Source: Candidatus Xenobia bacterium | GTDB lineage: Bacteria; Vulcanimicrobiota; CADAWZ01 | NCBI GenBank assembly: GCA_031551355.1 | Contig: JAVBNT010000034.1 | Location: 11,987-75,986, forward strand | DNA length: 64,000 nucleotides | Direction of reading: 5' to 3' | Part shown: positions 46,352 through 57,352 of the stretch, one piece after another | How the letters are laid out: each line of letters opens with the position of its first letter | How positions within the stretch are numbered: the first letter of the stretch is position 1 | The notes under the pieces: model-generated | Told to the model about the DNA's origin: nothing | Seen by the model: only the letters and a program-made list of their open reading frames with translations | Database searches by the model: none | Position numbers and translations under genes: made by a program

Positions 46352-46594
46352 TACACTGATACCTGCCTTCTCAATAAGTTTTTCTTAACCTTTCATCGCC
46401 GGGGAGCCATAGCCGGCATTAAAAAAGCTGTCTAAAACTTCTTTGTAAAAAATCTTTTCCCTTCTTTAAATTGCTTCTATAAAAAATATCAGACGCTGCT
46501 TAGGTTTTGAATCCAAGGAAGATTTTCCTTAGTGTTGAATGTTTTTAACAATATTAAAAATAGAACTTTGAATTCTTTGTAAACTATTAATGCA

Positions 46595-46903
46595 TTGGGA
46601 GGTATTATTTTGGATAAATCAGATTTTGACGATACTTTAAGAAATGTTGTAAATGACGGTCTTGTAGTATGCCTGCACGCTTATGAGAATATACATACAA
46701 ATCTTTATCTTTTGTTGCAGCACTTAAGATGTCTTGTTGAAGATACGAGGGACAGCGGCGAGTATGAGCAGTTGAATAATGCCCTTTATTCGTTTTATTC
46801 GTCTATCAGCGCATCGCATAAATGCCTGCTTGAGGTGGACGGACCGGTAAAAGAGATCGCCGAATGGCTTGAATCTGAAGATGATGAAGAAGAAGAGGAT
46901 TAA
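46595..46903 (+). CDS. Small hypothetical acidic protein (102 aa)
   Basis: ORF ends 4 nt before selA; poly-acidic C-terminus EDDEEEED. Confidence 0.3.
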   Translation: MGGIILDKSDFDDTLRNVVNDGLVVCLHAYENIHTNLYLLLQHLRCLVEDTRDSGEYEQLNNALYSFYSSISASHKCLLEVDGPVKEIAEWLESEDDEEEED

Positions 46904-46906
46904 TAG

Positions 46907-48277
46907 ATGAATACGATTCCTTCCGTGGACTCAATATTAATGAATCCGATTCTGAGGAACTTATTGAATAGCTTTCCAAGGCCTTTTGTGCTTAAGGCTG
47001 TACGCCGTTTTACGGAAAAGTGCCGCAGTGATATCCTCGGCGGCAAAACGGCTGAATATAATTTTAGTGATTGCGAGCTTTTAAGCGAAATATCCTCGGA
47101 ACTGTCGTCTTTTTTTGAAAAAAGGATGAAACGGGTTGTCAATGCCACCGGAATTATACTTCATACCGGCATGGGGCGTGCTCCTTTTGCCGATTCCGTT
47201 ATCAGGGCTCTTGAAGATATGTCGGGATTTGTTAATATCCAGGCGGATTTGGAGCATGGCAAGCGTTCCAGAAGGGATGGATTTGCCCAGGAACTTTTAT
47301 GTGAGCTCACGGGTGCCGAGGCTGCTCTTGTTGTTAATAACAATGCGGCAGCAACGATGCTTGTTCTGAACACGTTTGCCTATGGAAAAGAGGCAATTGT
47401 CTCCAGAGGCCAGCTTGTGGAAATAGGCGGCTCTTTCAGACTTCCGGACGTTATGGATAAAAGCGGCGTCATGATGAAAGAAGTTGGAACAACCAACAGG
47501 ACGCACCTTGCCGACTATGAAAATGCCGTATCGGATAATACATCATTAATTTTTAGGGTTCATCCTTCAAACTACAGGATCAGCGGGTTTGTTCATCAGC
47601 CTTCATTGCCGCAGATTTGCGGTTTGGCGCGTAAGAAGGGACTCATTGTTGCCGATGATATTGGCGCCGGTTCTCTTTTGAGCTTTTCGGAATTCGGCAT
47701 TTCCGATGAACCGCTGGTCGGGGATAGTATCGCTGCCGGTGCCGACTTGGTTCTGTTCAGCGGTGATAAGCTGTTGGGCGGGCCTCAGGCAGGGATTATT
47801 TTGGGCAGGAAATCACTGATTGAAAAAATCAGAAAAAATCCTTTGTCACGTATATTGAGGGTCTGTAAACTTACAATTTCCGTTTTAGACGCGACACTGA
47901 TGCTTTATTTTGACAAAAAGCGCTTGCTGAGTGAGAGTCCTTTTTACAGGGCGTTGTCCTTTTCATCGGAAGAACTCAGGATGCGCGCCGAAAGCATTGC
48001 CGGTGCTTTGTCGGCGGTGCACCCGGATTTTAAATTTACTGTTGAAAAGGACTTTTCTTATATGGGCAGCGGTTCCATGCCTATGGATGCTATTGAATCG
48101 TATGTTGTTTCGGTAAAGTCCTTTCACACTCCGGATAAACTTGCGGCTCTGCTGCGCAAATATCAGGTGCCGATTTTTTCAAGAATCAGCAATGATCGTG
48201 TTATCTTTGACATGAGGACGCTTTTGACCGGTGAGGAACGTTTTATCATTGAGGCATTTGAGAGTATAAAAAAATAA
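46907..48277 (+). CDS. selA: L-seryl-tRNA(Sec) selenium transferase
   Basis: SelA signature FSGDKLLGGPQAGII (PLP-lysine region), 456 aa, N-terminal SelA-specific domain. Confidence 0.85.
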   Translation: MNTIPSVDSILMNPILRNLLNSFPRPFVLKAVRRFTEKCRSDILGGKTAEYNFSDCELLSEISSELSSFFEKRMKRVVNATGIILHTGMGRAPFADSVIRALEDMSGFVNIQADLEHGKRSRRDGFAQELLCELTGAEAALVVNNNAAATMLVLNTFAYGKEAIVSRGQLVEIGGSFRLPDVMDKSGVMMKEVGTTNRTHLADYENAVSDNTSLIFRVHPSNYRISGFVHQPSLPQICGLARKKGLIVADDIGAGSLLSFSEFGISDEPLVGDSIAAGADLVLFSGDKLLGGPQAGIILGRKSLIEKIRKNPLSRILRVCKLTISVLDATLMLYFDKKRLLSESPFYRALSFSSEELRMRAESIAGALSAVHPDFKFTVEKDFSYMGSGSMPMDAIESYVVSVKSFHTPDKLAALLRKYQVPIFSRISNDRVIFDMRTLLTGEERFIIEAFESIKK

Positions 48278-48452
48278 TTTTGCTGACTGACATTGTATGT
48301 CGGCGGTATTTTATGTTTTTTGGGTAACTATTATTTGTTTATCTAAATTAAAATAAGCGGACCCGGTGTTTTTGTGAAGGATTATTGTTGGTTTCGACAA
48401 AGTTAGACTTATACGTTAATTAGTTTTTGGATGCACCAGAAAGAGGTATTAT

Positions 48453-50246
48453 ATGGCTAAAAAAAGTTTATCCCCGCCTGATTCCAAAATAGTTTGTAAG
48501 TCGTGTAAAACCGAGCTTGATTCCAAAGAGTTAAAAGGAAATTTGATGGTATGTCCCAAGTGCAACCGTCATTTTCATATGAACGCCAGGGAAAGAATTG
48601 ATTCCATTGCCGATGACGGAACGTTCCGGGAATGGTTTAAAGATATGATCAGTGTTGATCCGCTGAATTTTGTAGATCGCCTTCCCTATAAAGAGCGTCT
48701 TGATGAAGCAACAAAGAAGACGGGACTGAAAGAAGCGGTTATTGTCGGTAAGTGCCTTATCGGTGGAAAACCTGCGGTTTTGTGTGTGCTTGATTTTGAA
48801 TTTATGGGCGGAACGATGGGCTCTGCCGTCGGCGAAAAAATTTCCAGGGCTTTTTTGAAAGCTGTTGAACAGAAACTGCCTGTAGTCAGTGTTGTCAGCA
48901 GTGGCGGTGCACGTATGCAGGAGGGCATGCTCTCCCTTATGCAGATGGCTAAAACAGCTTCTGCTGTAGCTCTTCACCATAAAGCCAGACTTCTTTATAT
49001 ATCCATCCAAACGAATCCGACCACTGGAGGCATCTCAGCCAGCTTTTCTTCATTGGGAGATGTTATTCTTGCAGAACCCAAAGCCCTTATAGGTTTTGTC
49101 GGTCCGAGGGTTATTGAACAGACACTAAATATAAAACTGCCGCCTGAGTCGCATACGGCCGAATTCCTTAAATCAAGGGGAATGATTGACCGTATAGTCG
49201 ACAGGCGGCATTTGAAAATAACAATTTCAAGGTTGATAAATCATTTTGCTCATGCTCCGTCGATGCATTTTAAGACGAAATTAAAGAGCCAGAGAAAAAA
49301 ATATGATAAAAAGGATGCCTGGGAGCTTGTTCAGCTCGCAAGACACCCGCTCCGTCCCACTTCTGCATTTTATATAGATAAAATTGTTGATAATTTTGTA
49401 GAGTTACACGGAGACAGGTATTATGGTGATGACGGAGCCATTATAACCGGAGTAGGCGAAATAGAGGGTAATGCCGTCGTTTTAATCGCTCAGGAAAAGG
49501 GTTCTACCCCTGAAGGTAAAGAGAAGCGCAGAGAGGGAATGGCCGGTCCGGAGGGCTACAGAAAATCGGTAAGACTTATGAAAATGGCCGCGAAGTTTAA
49601 TCTTCCGGTGATTACTTTTATTGATACTCCCGGGGCATTCCCGGGATTTGATTCGGAAATGCGCGGGATTGCGCGTTCTCTGGCAGAATGTCTTTTTTCA
49701 ATGTCTACTTTACCGGTTCCGGTTATCAGTGTTGTTGTTGGTGAGGGGGGTAGCGGCGGAGCTCTTGCTCTTGCGCTTGCCAATAGAGTGTTAATGCAGC
49801 AGAAGGCGATTTATTCAGTCATTTCTCCTGAGGGAGCATCGGCCATTTTGTGGGGAGATGCAACGAAAGCACGGGAATTGGCTCCTTATTTAAAATTGAC
49901 GGCAATGGAACTTAAGGAACTTGGTGTTATTGATGAGATAATACCTGAACCTGCAGAGGGAGCCCATACCGGTCCTGAAGAGGCTGCCGAGATCGTTAAA
50001 AACAGGATTCTTTTAAATCTGGAATCTTTAAGAAAATATAGCCCGGCCAAGCTGATAACACTGAGGATTGATAAATTTCAGGATATGGGAGAGACCGGTG
50101 TTTTCTGGCAGGAGATTATAAAAAAAGAACTGCATCTCGGTATGGAAAAACTGGTCAAGGGTATCAGCCATATTTGGAATAAGGACGAACATCCCGATAT
50201 TTCGGATGATGATAGTTTAAAAAATGTGGACGGAAAGAGAGGATAA
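48453..50246 (+). CDS. accD: Acetyl-CoA carboxylase carboxyltransferase, fused beta (AccD) and alpha (AccA) subunits
   Basis: N-terminal Zn ribbon CKSCKTELDSK...CPKCNRHFHM (AccD); central/C-terminal GGARMQEG, ...PGAFPG... GGSGGALAL (AccA) in one 597-aa ORF. Confidence 0.85.
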   Translation: MAKKSLSPPDSKIVCKSCKTELDSKELKGNLMVCPKCNRHFHMNARERIDSIADDGTFREWFKDMISVDPLNFVDRLPYKERLDEATKKTGLKEAVIVGKCLIGGKPAVLCVLDFEFMGGTMGSAVGEKISRAFLKAVEQKLPVVSVVSSGGARMQEGMLSLMQMAKTASAVALHHKARLLYISIQTNPTTGGISASFSSLGDVILAEPKALIGFVGPRVIEQTLNIKLPPESHTAEFLKSRGMIDRIVDRRHLKITISRLINHFAHAPSMHFKTKLKSQRKKYDKKDAWELVQLARHPLRPTSAFYIDKIVDNFVELHGDRYYGDDGAIITGVGEIEGNAVVLIAQEKGSTPEGKEKRREGMAGPEGYRKSVRLMKMAAKFNLPVITFIDTPGAFPGFDSEMRGIARSLAECLFSMSTLPVPVISVVVGEGGSGGALALALANRVLMQQKAIYSVISPEGASAILWGDATKARELAPYLKLTAMELKELGVIDEIIPEPAEGAHTGPEEAAEIVKNRILLNLESLRKYSPAKLITLRIDKFQDMGETGVFWQEIIKKELHLGMEKLVKGISHIWNKDEHPDISDDDSLKNVDGKRG

Positions 50247-50250
50247 ATTA

Positions 50251-51489
50251 ATGATTGATCTGGTTAAAAATTATTCTACTTTTGGCAGGCGTATGAAGAA
50301 AAGTGTTATACGTGATTTGCTGTCTCTTACGAATAAGCCCGGCCTGATATCTTTTGCCGGAGGCTTGCCGATGGCATCGTGCTTCCCTGTCGAGGATATA
50401 AGAGATATTGTTAATAAAGTTCTTGATACTGAGGCACAGAGTGCGCTTCAGTATGGCCAAACGGAAGGTTATGCACCGCTTCGTGAATTGATTGCCAAAT
50501 GGATGAATGGCCACGGATATTCGCTTACACCCGATAACATTCTGGTAACTGTTGCTTCACAGCAGGGCATTGATTTGACTTCCAAGCTTTTTGTCGATCC
50601 GAGCGATCCTGTTTTTGTTGAGATGCCGAGTTATCCCGGCGGACTTCAGTCCCTGACTTCCTGTGGCGCTCATTTCCACGGAATTCCGGTAGATCTTGAC
50701 GGGCTCAGAGTTGATATTCTTGAGCAGAAACTTCGCGAAATGGTAAAAGAGGGTGATCATTATAAGCTTATATATGTCGTTCCTGACTTCCAGAATCCAT
50801 CAGGAGTGACACTTTGCCTTGAGAGAAGGAAGCGTTTGATTGAGCTTTCGCAGATATACAATCTTTTGATTGTTGAAGATACGCCTTACAGAGATTTGCG
50901 TTTTGAAGGCGATGCTCCGCCGGCTCTTTTCCAGTTGACGGAACCCGGCAATGTCATATCCCTTCATACTTTCTCCAAGATTTTTGTTCCCGGTTTCCGC
51001 GTGGGATGGGTTGTCGCACATCCTGATATCATTAAGAAACTGGCCGTTGCCAAACAGTCTGTAGATCTTTGCACTCCCAACTTCACTCAAGCGATTGTGG
51101 CGGAATTTTTACGCCGCGACCTTTTGAATCCATATATCCGCAAAGTTACCGATCTTTATCATAAAAAGAGAGATGTAATGCTGGCCGCTCTTGAGGAGTA
51201 TATGCCGGAGGGAGTTACCTGGACAAGACCGCAGGGAGGTCTTTTCCTTTGGGTTACATTGCCCGAAAGCATTGATACAGAGGTTATGTTCTATGAAGCC
51301 ATTGAGAACAATGTCGCTTATGTTATCGGTTCGGCTTTCCATCATGACGGCAGCGGTAAAAATAATATGCGTCTGAACTTCTCTTTCCCGACGGAAGAAG
51401 AGATTAACCAGGGCATAAGAAGCCTTGCCGAAGTTATTAAAAACAGGCTTTCGGGAAGAGTAACCGCCTGCTCCGTAGGCTGTAAATAG
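50251..51489 (+). CDS. PLP-dependent aminotransferase, class I/II
   Basis: PLP-lysine region TFSKIFVPGFRVGWVV, SFAGGLP, fold-type I pattern; ATG 50251 with GAGAGG RBS preferred over track start 50224. Confidence 0.75.
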   Translation: MIDLVKNYSTFGRRMKKSVIRDLLSLTNKPGLISFAGGLPMASCFPVEDIRDIVNKVLDTEAQSALQYGQTEGYAPLRELIAKWMNGHGYSLTPDNILVTVASQQGIDLTSKLFVDPSDPVFVEMPSYPGGLQSLTSCGAHFHGIPVDLDGLRVDILEQKLREMVKEGDHYKLIYVVPDFQNPSGVTLCLERRKRLIELSQIYNLLIVEDTPYRDLRFEGDAPPALFQLTEPGNVISLHTFSKIFVPGFRVGWVVAHPDIIKKLAVAKQSVDLCTPNFTQAIVAEFLRRDLLNPYIRKVTDLYHKKRDVMLAALEEYMPEGVTWTRPQGGLFLWVTLPESIDTEVMFYEAIENNVAYVIGSAFHHDGSGKNNMRLNFSFPTEEEINQGIRSLAEVIKNRLSGRVTACSVGCK

Positions 51490-51510
51490 TATTTATTGTT
51501 TATGCACGCA

Positions 51511-51550
51511 AACAGGGTTGAGGCAAAATTCGCTTCAACCCTGTTTTTTA
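51511..51550 (+). terminator. Rho-independent terminator after aminotransferase gene
   Basis: acagggttgaggcaaaattcgcttcaaccctgtttttt: 12-bp stem, T6. Confidence 0.7.
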
Positions 51551-51815
51551 TGTTACTATAATTTTCAAAAATATAAAAAGGCTGTCAATTGTATCCATAG
51601 GCTAAGGCAAGCCGGATTTTGACGAGCTGGAAGCTGATTATTAATAAAAATTCAATTAACTGTACTTAGATCGGCCGTTCCTTACAAAATCAAAAATAGT
51701 TCAAAACAAGGGTAGGCAAAGAAGGCAGAGGCAGACGAGCGAGGCGTAATATATTACGTCGGAGTGAGCGAGACCGATAGCCTGACGCTGCATAACCGAA
51801 GTTTTCAACTATTTT

Positions 51816-53084
51816 TCAGAGCCAGTTGTCTCGTGGCCTGTTAAAATTGCCAATAAGGATCTTGTCCCCGTATCTTTCCTTAATCATTTTTAATATCTTT
51901 ACGATTCCAAGAGGTTTACCCTTGAGTGTCGGCATTTTGTCGTAAAACATTTCCGGATCCATATTGAGATTTCTCATTTGTATCATACTTGGTCCGAAAG
52001 CGTCGAGGAACTCGATAAACTTGCCAAATTCGTATTCATTATCGTTGAATCCCGGCATGGTTAGGAAATTAATGCTTACAAAAAGCCCTTCATCCACAGC
52101 CAGTCTTACGGTTTCCTTTACTTCTTTGAACATATAATCGGCCGGCTGAAAGAACTTGTCATAATTTTCTTTGACGGCTGAATTCATACTCACTCTTATG
52201 GTATTAAGTCCTGCTGCAATGAGCTTTTTTACCAGTAACGGTTTGGAGCCGTTTGTATTTATGTGGATTGTCCCCTGATCTGTTTTTGCCCTGATTTGCC
52301 TGATCGCTTTTTCTATAAGTTCCGCCTGAAGCAAGGGTTCCCCTTCGCATCCCTGTCCAAAACTGATTATCGCTCCCGGCCTTTCAAGGTGGGGGACGGC
52401 AATTTCTTCTATTTCATCCGCTGTCGGCACAAATTTAATGCGATCCTGCGGAGACGGCGGTCCTTTTTTTCTCTTTTTGGAAATGCAGCCCTCGCAGTTT
52501 GCATTGCATGCCGGTGAGGTTGGAATTCCACCTTCCCAGCGGTCATAAAAAATATTCTGGGCGTTGTAGCACGAATATTCCACTGCACAAACGGACAGAT
52601 GTTTTAAAAGCCTGTTGGCAGGAAAAAGCTTTAATTTCTTTTTTATTTTGTTTTTTAGATCGGGACTGTCATATTGTGTCGGATCCCAGCGCAGGGAAGA
52701 GTCGGTTTTAATTGCCGCAATATAGAACTCTTCTTTGTAAAGCGCTCCCATTGTATATGCGAAGAACGGCAACGGCTCTTTTCTGTTTACATGGTAGGCC
52801 GGTAGCAGCGTTCTTGTGTATCCCGGAGGCGGAATGAATCCGACGGCTGTTACTTTCTCCTTGTCGGCTTGAAAGTAATGTTCTCTCTTGCCTTTCTTTA
52901 CTCCCATAGGATCCCTGCCGGGAAGCAAAAATACATCAGTGCCGTATGGTATTTCGCACATTTCGTTTATATCGGGTTCTTTCAGAGAATCCCGGCCATT
53001 TCTGGCAAGCGCAAAATATGATTTGTTTTCAGTTACTTCACCGTCGGCAGATGCCTGTAGTGTGTAAAATTTATTTTCGGCCAC
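51816..53084 (-). CDS. Radical SAM domain protein with N-terminal ~200-aa extension
   Basis: CxxxCxxC: PACNANCEGCISK; downstream GQGCEGEPLL (SAM-binding GGEP-like). Confidence 0.65.
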   Translation of the reverse strand: MAENKFYTLQASADGEVTENKSYFALARNGRDSLKEPDINEMCEIPYGTDVFLLPGRDPMGVKKGKREHYFQADKEKVTAVGFIPPPGYTRTLLPAYHVNRKEPLPFFAYTMGALYKEEFYIAAIKTDSSLRWDPTQYDSPDLKNKIKKKLKLFPANRLLKHLSVCAVEYSCYNAQNIFYDRWEGGIPTSPACNANCEGCISKKRKKGPPSPQDRIKFVPTADEIEEIAVPHLERPGAIISFGQGCEGEPLLQAELIEKAIRQIRAKTDQGTIHINTNGSKPLLVKKLIAAGLNTIRVSMNSAVKENYDKFFQPADYMFKEVKETVRLAVDEGLFVSINFLTMPGFNDNEYEFGKFIEFLDAFGPSMIQMRNLNMDPEMFYDKMPTLKGKPLGIVKILKMIKERYGDKILIGNFNRPRDNWL

Positions 53085-53112
53085 TTGTATAATTACCTTT
53101 CGGGCATCTAAT

Positions 53113-54396
53113 CTAAATATCTTTAGTAAATGACATTGCTTCTTTGGTTACCGAACCGAGAAAATCTTTGTTATTCTTGGTCTTTTTCATTCTTTCGACG
53201 ATCATTTCGGTCATCTCTTCTGTGCCGAACATGTCGAGGGCTCTTCTGAGCACCCAGGCTTTTTTCAGATCTTCTTCCGAAAGCAACAGTTCCTCATGCC
53301 TTGTCCCTGAGCGTTTGATATCAATCGCCGGAAAAATTCTACGTTCCGATAACCGTCTTGATAAATCCATTTCCATATTGCCTGTTGCCTTGAATTCCTC
53401 AAATATCACATCATCCATTTTTGAACCGGTTTCAACAAGCGCCGTGGCAATTATTGTCAGGCTTCCGCCCGTTTCAATGTTTCTGGCCGCGCCGAGGAAA
53501 CGTTTGGGCATTTTCAGTGCGGAGGTGTCAAGTCCTCCGGAGAGCGTTCTTCCGGAAGGAGGGGTGATCATGTTGTATGCCCTTGCCAGTCTGGTGATAC
53601 TGTCCAAAAGGATTACCACATCTTTTCCCGTTTCGACAATGCGCTTGGCTTTTTCAATTACGAGTTCGGTTACATGGACATGCTGTTCCGGCGGCTCATC
53701 AAAAGTGGAACTGACAACTTCTCCTTCGATTGAACGTTCCATATCGGTAACTTCTTCGGGACGTTCATCAATTAAAAGGGCTATAAGAACCGATTCGGGA
53801 TAATTTTCGGTGATTCCGTTGGCAATCTGTTTGAGAAGTGTCGTCTTACCTGCTTTGGGAGGGGCGACAATAAGGCCTCTCTGGCCTTTGCCGATGGGGC
53901 AAAGTATGTCAATTATGCGGGTGGCAATTTCCAACTGTTTCGTCTCAAGGCTGTATCTCTCATTGGGAAAGATAGGGGTCAAATCATTAAAATGGGGTCT
54001 TCTTTTGGCCAGTTCGGGATTAAGGTTATTTATCCCTTGAACTTTTAGGAGTCCATAATATTTTTCTCCGCTTTTGGGCGGTCTTACCTGCCCGGACACG
54101 GTATCTCCGACTCTGAGATCAAATCTTTTTATCTGCGATTGTGATACGTAGATGTCACTGTTGCCGGGCAAATAGCTTCTGCCTCTTAAAAATCCGTATC
54201 CATCAGGCAGTATCTCTAAAATTCCTGTGGCAAAAAGTAATCCCTGTTTTTCTGCTTTTTGCTCAAGAATCCGGTATACAAGCTCTTGTTTTTTCATTTT
54301 TTGCAAGCCTGTCAGTCCGAGATTTTTTGCCATTTCGGCAAGCTCTGTTCTTGTCAGGCTTTCCAAATCGGCAATGTTTTCTACCACATTTTCCAT
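53113..54396 (-). CDS. rho: Transcription termination factor Rho
   Basis: N-terminal RNA-binding domain ([29 protein letters not shown]), Walker [21 protein letters not shown], 427 aa. Confidence 0.95.
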   Translation of the reverse strand: MENVVENIADLESLTRTELAEMAKNLGLTGLQKMKKQELVYRILEQKAEKQGLLFATGILEILPDGYGFLRGRSYLPGNSDIYVSQSQIKRFDLRVGDTVSGQVRPPKSGEKYYGLLKVQGINNLNPELAKRRPHFNDLTPIFPNERYSLETKQLEIATRIIDILCPIGKGQRGLIVAPPKAGKTTLLKQIANGITENYPESVLIALLIDERPEEVTDMERSIEGEVVSSTFDEPPEQHVHVTELVIEKAKRIVETGKDVVILLDSITRLARAYNMITPPSGRTLSGGLDTSALKMPKRFLGAARNIETGGSLTIIATALVETGSKMDDVIFEEFKATGNMEMDLSRRLSERRIFPAIDIKRSGTRHEELLLSEEDLKKAWVLRRALDMFGTEEMTEMIVERMKKTKNNKDFLGSVTKEAMSFTKDI

Positions 54397-54422
54397 TACT
54401 TGCTCCTTTCAGCTGCGTGTGG

Positions 54423-54998
54423 CTATTGCGGGTTGGGGACCCATTTTATTTTATAATCAGGCATTTGTTTTGCGAGCTTATTGGCTCTGTTCATTGATAT
54501 GTTTTTTATCAGAAAATAATTTACATTGTTTTTGCTTGTTGTATTTTTTTGTTGAGCATACGTGTTCAAATGGGTCTGACTGTTGATTTTATCTGCTTCC
54601 GCTTTTGCTTCTGCGAAAGAGGGGAATTTTTTTCCGATCCTGAGGACGCATTTTATGCCGTTGTCGGAAATGACGGTCACCGGCTGCGAAACCTTTGCCA
54701 GCCTTTTATTTACATCATAAAGATTTTCACTTTGAATTGTTCTCGTGACATAATAATAGTCTATCCTGTTAACGATCTCAGTCTCGGACTTGAGAGTAAT
54801 ATCTTTTTCATAGTTTTTCAGGAATTTGTCTTTGATTTTTTCAGGGTTATCTTTTGTGTCGAGATAAATTTTCGCGCTTCCTTTTTCGACGAGTAAGTCG
54901 CCTTTAATGAAATCAAAAGCACGGTGACCGATATTCACCATTAACAAAATAATAATAACTAAGATAAAAATTCGTCTGATAAAAACACGGAGAATCAT
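54423..54998 (-). CDS. Membrane-anchored hypothetical protein (possible SPOR-like C-terminal domain)
   Basis: N-terminal TM helix; C-terminal IKCVLRIGKKFPSFAEAKAEADKI resembles SPOR pattern; weak. Confidence 0.35.
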   Translation of the reverse strand: MILRVFIRRIFILVIIILLMVNIGHRAFDFIKGDLLVEKGSAKIYLDTKDNPEKIKDKFLKNYEKDITLKSETEIVNRIDYYYVTRTIQSENLYDVNKRLAKVSQPVTVISDNGIKCVLRIGKKFPSFAEAKAEADKINSQTHLNTYAQQKNTTSKNNVNYFLIKNISMNRANKLAKQMPDYKIKWVPNPQ

Positions 54999-55124
54999 TT
55001 CAGGTATCCTTTTAAACGGGGCTCCTAAATAGCGGACTTTCGTTGGATATGGTTTCGGATAAGAAGTTCTGGATAAGAAATTCTTAATTTTGGAACGTCC
55101 ATAGAGTTCTTTGCGGCCCCTTTC

Positions 55125-56588
55125 TTATCCTCCTTTTAAATTTAAAATAATAATCATTATGCTTAAAGAAATTATTATCAGATCTGCCGTGATATGCGTC
55201 AGCAGCGGGTTCGAAGTGTATATTGTTTTTTCTCCCTGCCTGATTGCCGCCGCTTCAAATGAGATTTCCTCACCTTTTTTAAGCCAGCCGGCCACTTGTA
55301 TTTCCGTACCGTCTTCCGGCAGCGGGATTTGTGGTTTAGACAGTGAGAAAAAGTATAGCGGAAGAGTATATTTTCCGGACTTGACGGCAATTGATTTCTC
55401 TTCCATTTCCTGGGTCTTATAATTGACTATGCCGCCCTTAAACTGAAGCGGATAACCCTTTATGCAGGAAACCGGTGACTCCTCTATCAATTGCTCCAAA
55501 GCCACTTCGCCCATTTTTTTCCATGGTCTTTGCGTTATGTGTATTTTTAAGAGTGTAAGTCCCAACAGAAGCATCGGCAGTGCCGGACTGAGGTTCAGCA
55601 TTATTGTCGCAAGAAAGGCAATTGAGAGCAATATTGCCGACATGAACCAGATGTAGTTTTGATCTTTTTGTTTTTTTTCAGGAGATTTTTTACCGGTTTC
55701 GCTAAGTGTTTGCCGGGGATAATGTGAATGAAAGAAATCAACATATTCTTTCCAGTCGGATTGCCAGTAGTTTGTCAGCGTATAATTTCTGTGTTTTCTG
55801 AAAGGTATAAGCGGATCGGATATGTCAAGAAAGTTCAGTGAGAAGATCAGCTCTGTTAGTTTCTGTGAGATTTCCATTTCCCGTTTTTTTTCTATTTTTT
55901 CGATTATGGCTGAGATGATTTTTATTTCTGCAGTGTCTTCTGTCCGGGGGCTGCTGCCATCCGGCCTTGCCGCATAAAGATTAAGCGACCTTGACGTCAG
56001 ATACAGGCACATATAGGAAATGTAGCATATTTTTGCAAGCGCTCCTGAAAAAGAAACGATGCTGCCTGCCCCGCCTACGGCTTTATGCCTTAAGCCGAGA
56101 TTGTATAAAAATCTGGAAATATGGAACAGGCAAAACGGCAAAAAGCCGTTCATCATAAACAGGTGCCGGCATTGGGCTGCTATTTTGTTTTTTTCAAATG
56201 CCGACAGGGCTATAATTTCATCGTCTGTTAACGCCTCCAGCAGGCCTTTGCTGATTACGCATTTTGTCTTTGTGCCGATTATTCCGTAGTGAAACAAAAT
56301 AGGGTAGGAAATATCCCATAACCAGATGTCGATATTGTTGTTTTTTCGGTTTATACTCTTTTTAAACAGGTTCAACTTTTCATTTTCATCATCACTTTTT
56401 ATCCCGGAAAAAATTTTATCCAGTAGCCGGGGAAAAAAAAGATATTGTATAAGCACCGTCAAAAAAGGGAAAACGAAAGCGACAGGTGCGGATACGTTGA
56501 ATATATCACAGATTATTATGCCAAAATACAGTGAGGCTGCAAAAAACAATATGAAGGTTGAAGCTGCTCCCTGAAGGTATCCAATCAT
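55125..56588 (-). CDS. Polytopic membrane protein of unknown function, third gene of ABC (FtsX-type) operon
   Basis: 487 aa, multiple TM segments at both ends; start overlaps ATPase stop (56585-56588). Confidence 0.4.
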   Translation of the reverse strand: MIGYLQGAASTFILFFAASLYFGIIICDIFNVSAPVAFVFPFLTVLIQYLFFPRLLDKIFSGIKSDDENEKLNLFKKSINRKNNNIDIWLWDISYPILFHYGIIGTKTKCVISKGLLEALTDDEIIALSAFEKNKIAAQCRHLFMMNGFLPFCLFHISRFLYNLGLRHKAVGGAGSIVSFSGALAKICYISYMCLYLTSRSLNLYAARPDGSSPRTEDTAEIKIISAIIEKIEKKREMEISQKLTELIFSLNFLDISDPLIPFRKHRNYTLTNYWQSDWKEYVDFFHSHYPRQTLSETGKKSPEKKQKDQNYIWFMSAILLSIAFLATIMLNLSPALPMLLLGLTLLKIHITQRPWKKMGEVALEQLIEESPVSCIKGYPLQFKGGIVNYKTQEMEEKSIAVKSGKYTLPLYFFSLSKPQIPLPEDGTEIQVAGWLKKGEEISFEAAAIRQGEKTIYTSNPLLTHITADLIIISLSIMIIILNLKGG

Positions 56589-57262
56589 AGATTAGTTGAG
56601 GTAATCCTTCCTTCATCCAGATAATAAACTCTGTCTGCATACGCTGCCACTTTAGGATCGTGCGTAACTATCACTGTCGTTAATTTCTGCTCTTTATTGA
56701 CGATCCTCAGCATATCCATTACTTCGCGGGTGCTTTTTGTGTCAAGATTGCCTGTCGGTTCGTCGGCCAGCAGAAGGCCGGGGTTGTTAGCCAAAGCTCT
56801 GGCTGTCGAGACTCTCTGCATTTGTCCGCCGGAAAGGCGGTTTGTGAGTTCATGTGTTTTTTTATCCATTCCCACAAGCTTTAGCAGGTTAAACGCTCTT
56901 TGCTGCTGTTCATTTTTATATGAATTTGCCAGTTGCATAGGCAGCATTACATTTTCAATAACCGACAGAGTCGGCAGCAGATAATAATTTTGAAAAACAA
57001 ATCCGATATGCTCCAGCCTGATCTCTTCCCTTATATACTCAGGCTGCTCGCATATGTTTGTGTCTTCGAGAAATATCTGGCCGAAATTGGGCTTGTCTAT
57101 GCATCCCAGCAGATGAAGCAGTGATGATTTTCCTGTTCCTGACGGCCCCATTATTGCCGTGAATTCTCCTGTGCGGAATTCGATACTTACATTTTCCAGA
57201 ACGCGTATTTTTCCTGAGACACCGTCCCAATGCTTATACACGCCGACCATTTTTACTTTCAT
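56585..57262 (-). CDS. ABC transporter ATP-binding protein (LolD/MacB-type)
   Basis: Walker A GPSGTGKSSLL, signature LSGGQMQRV, Walker B LLLADEPT. Confidence 0.85.
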   Translation of the reverse strand: MKVKMVGVYKHWDGVSGKIRVLENVSIEFRTGEFTAIMGPSGTGKSSLLHLLGCIDKPNFGQIFLEDTNICEQPEYIREEIRLEHIGFVFQNYYLLPTLSVIENVMLPMQLANSYKNEQQQRAFNLLKLVGMDKKTHELTNRLSGGQMQRVSTARALANNPGLLLADEPTGNLDTKSTREVMDMLRIVNKEQKLTTVIVTHDPKVAAYADRVYYLDEGRITSTNL

Positions 57263-57352
57263 TCTTGCTCCATAAACGGTTTTTTTGAGATATCTTTCCT
57301 GATTATTCCCGGGAGATGAATACCGTAATTTATCCGGTGTAAGAGGCTCGGC

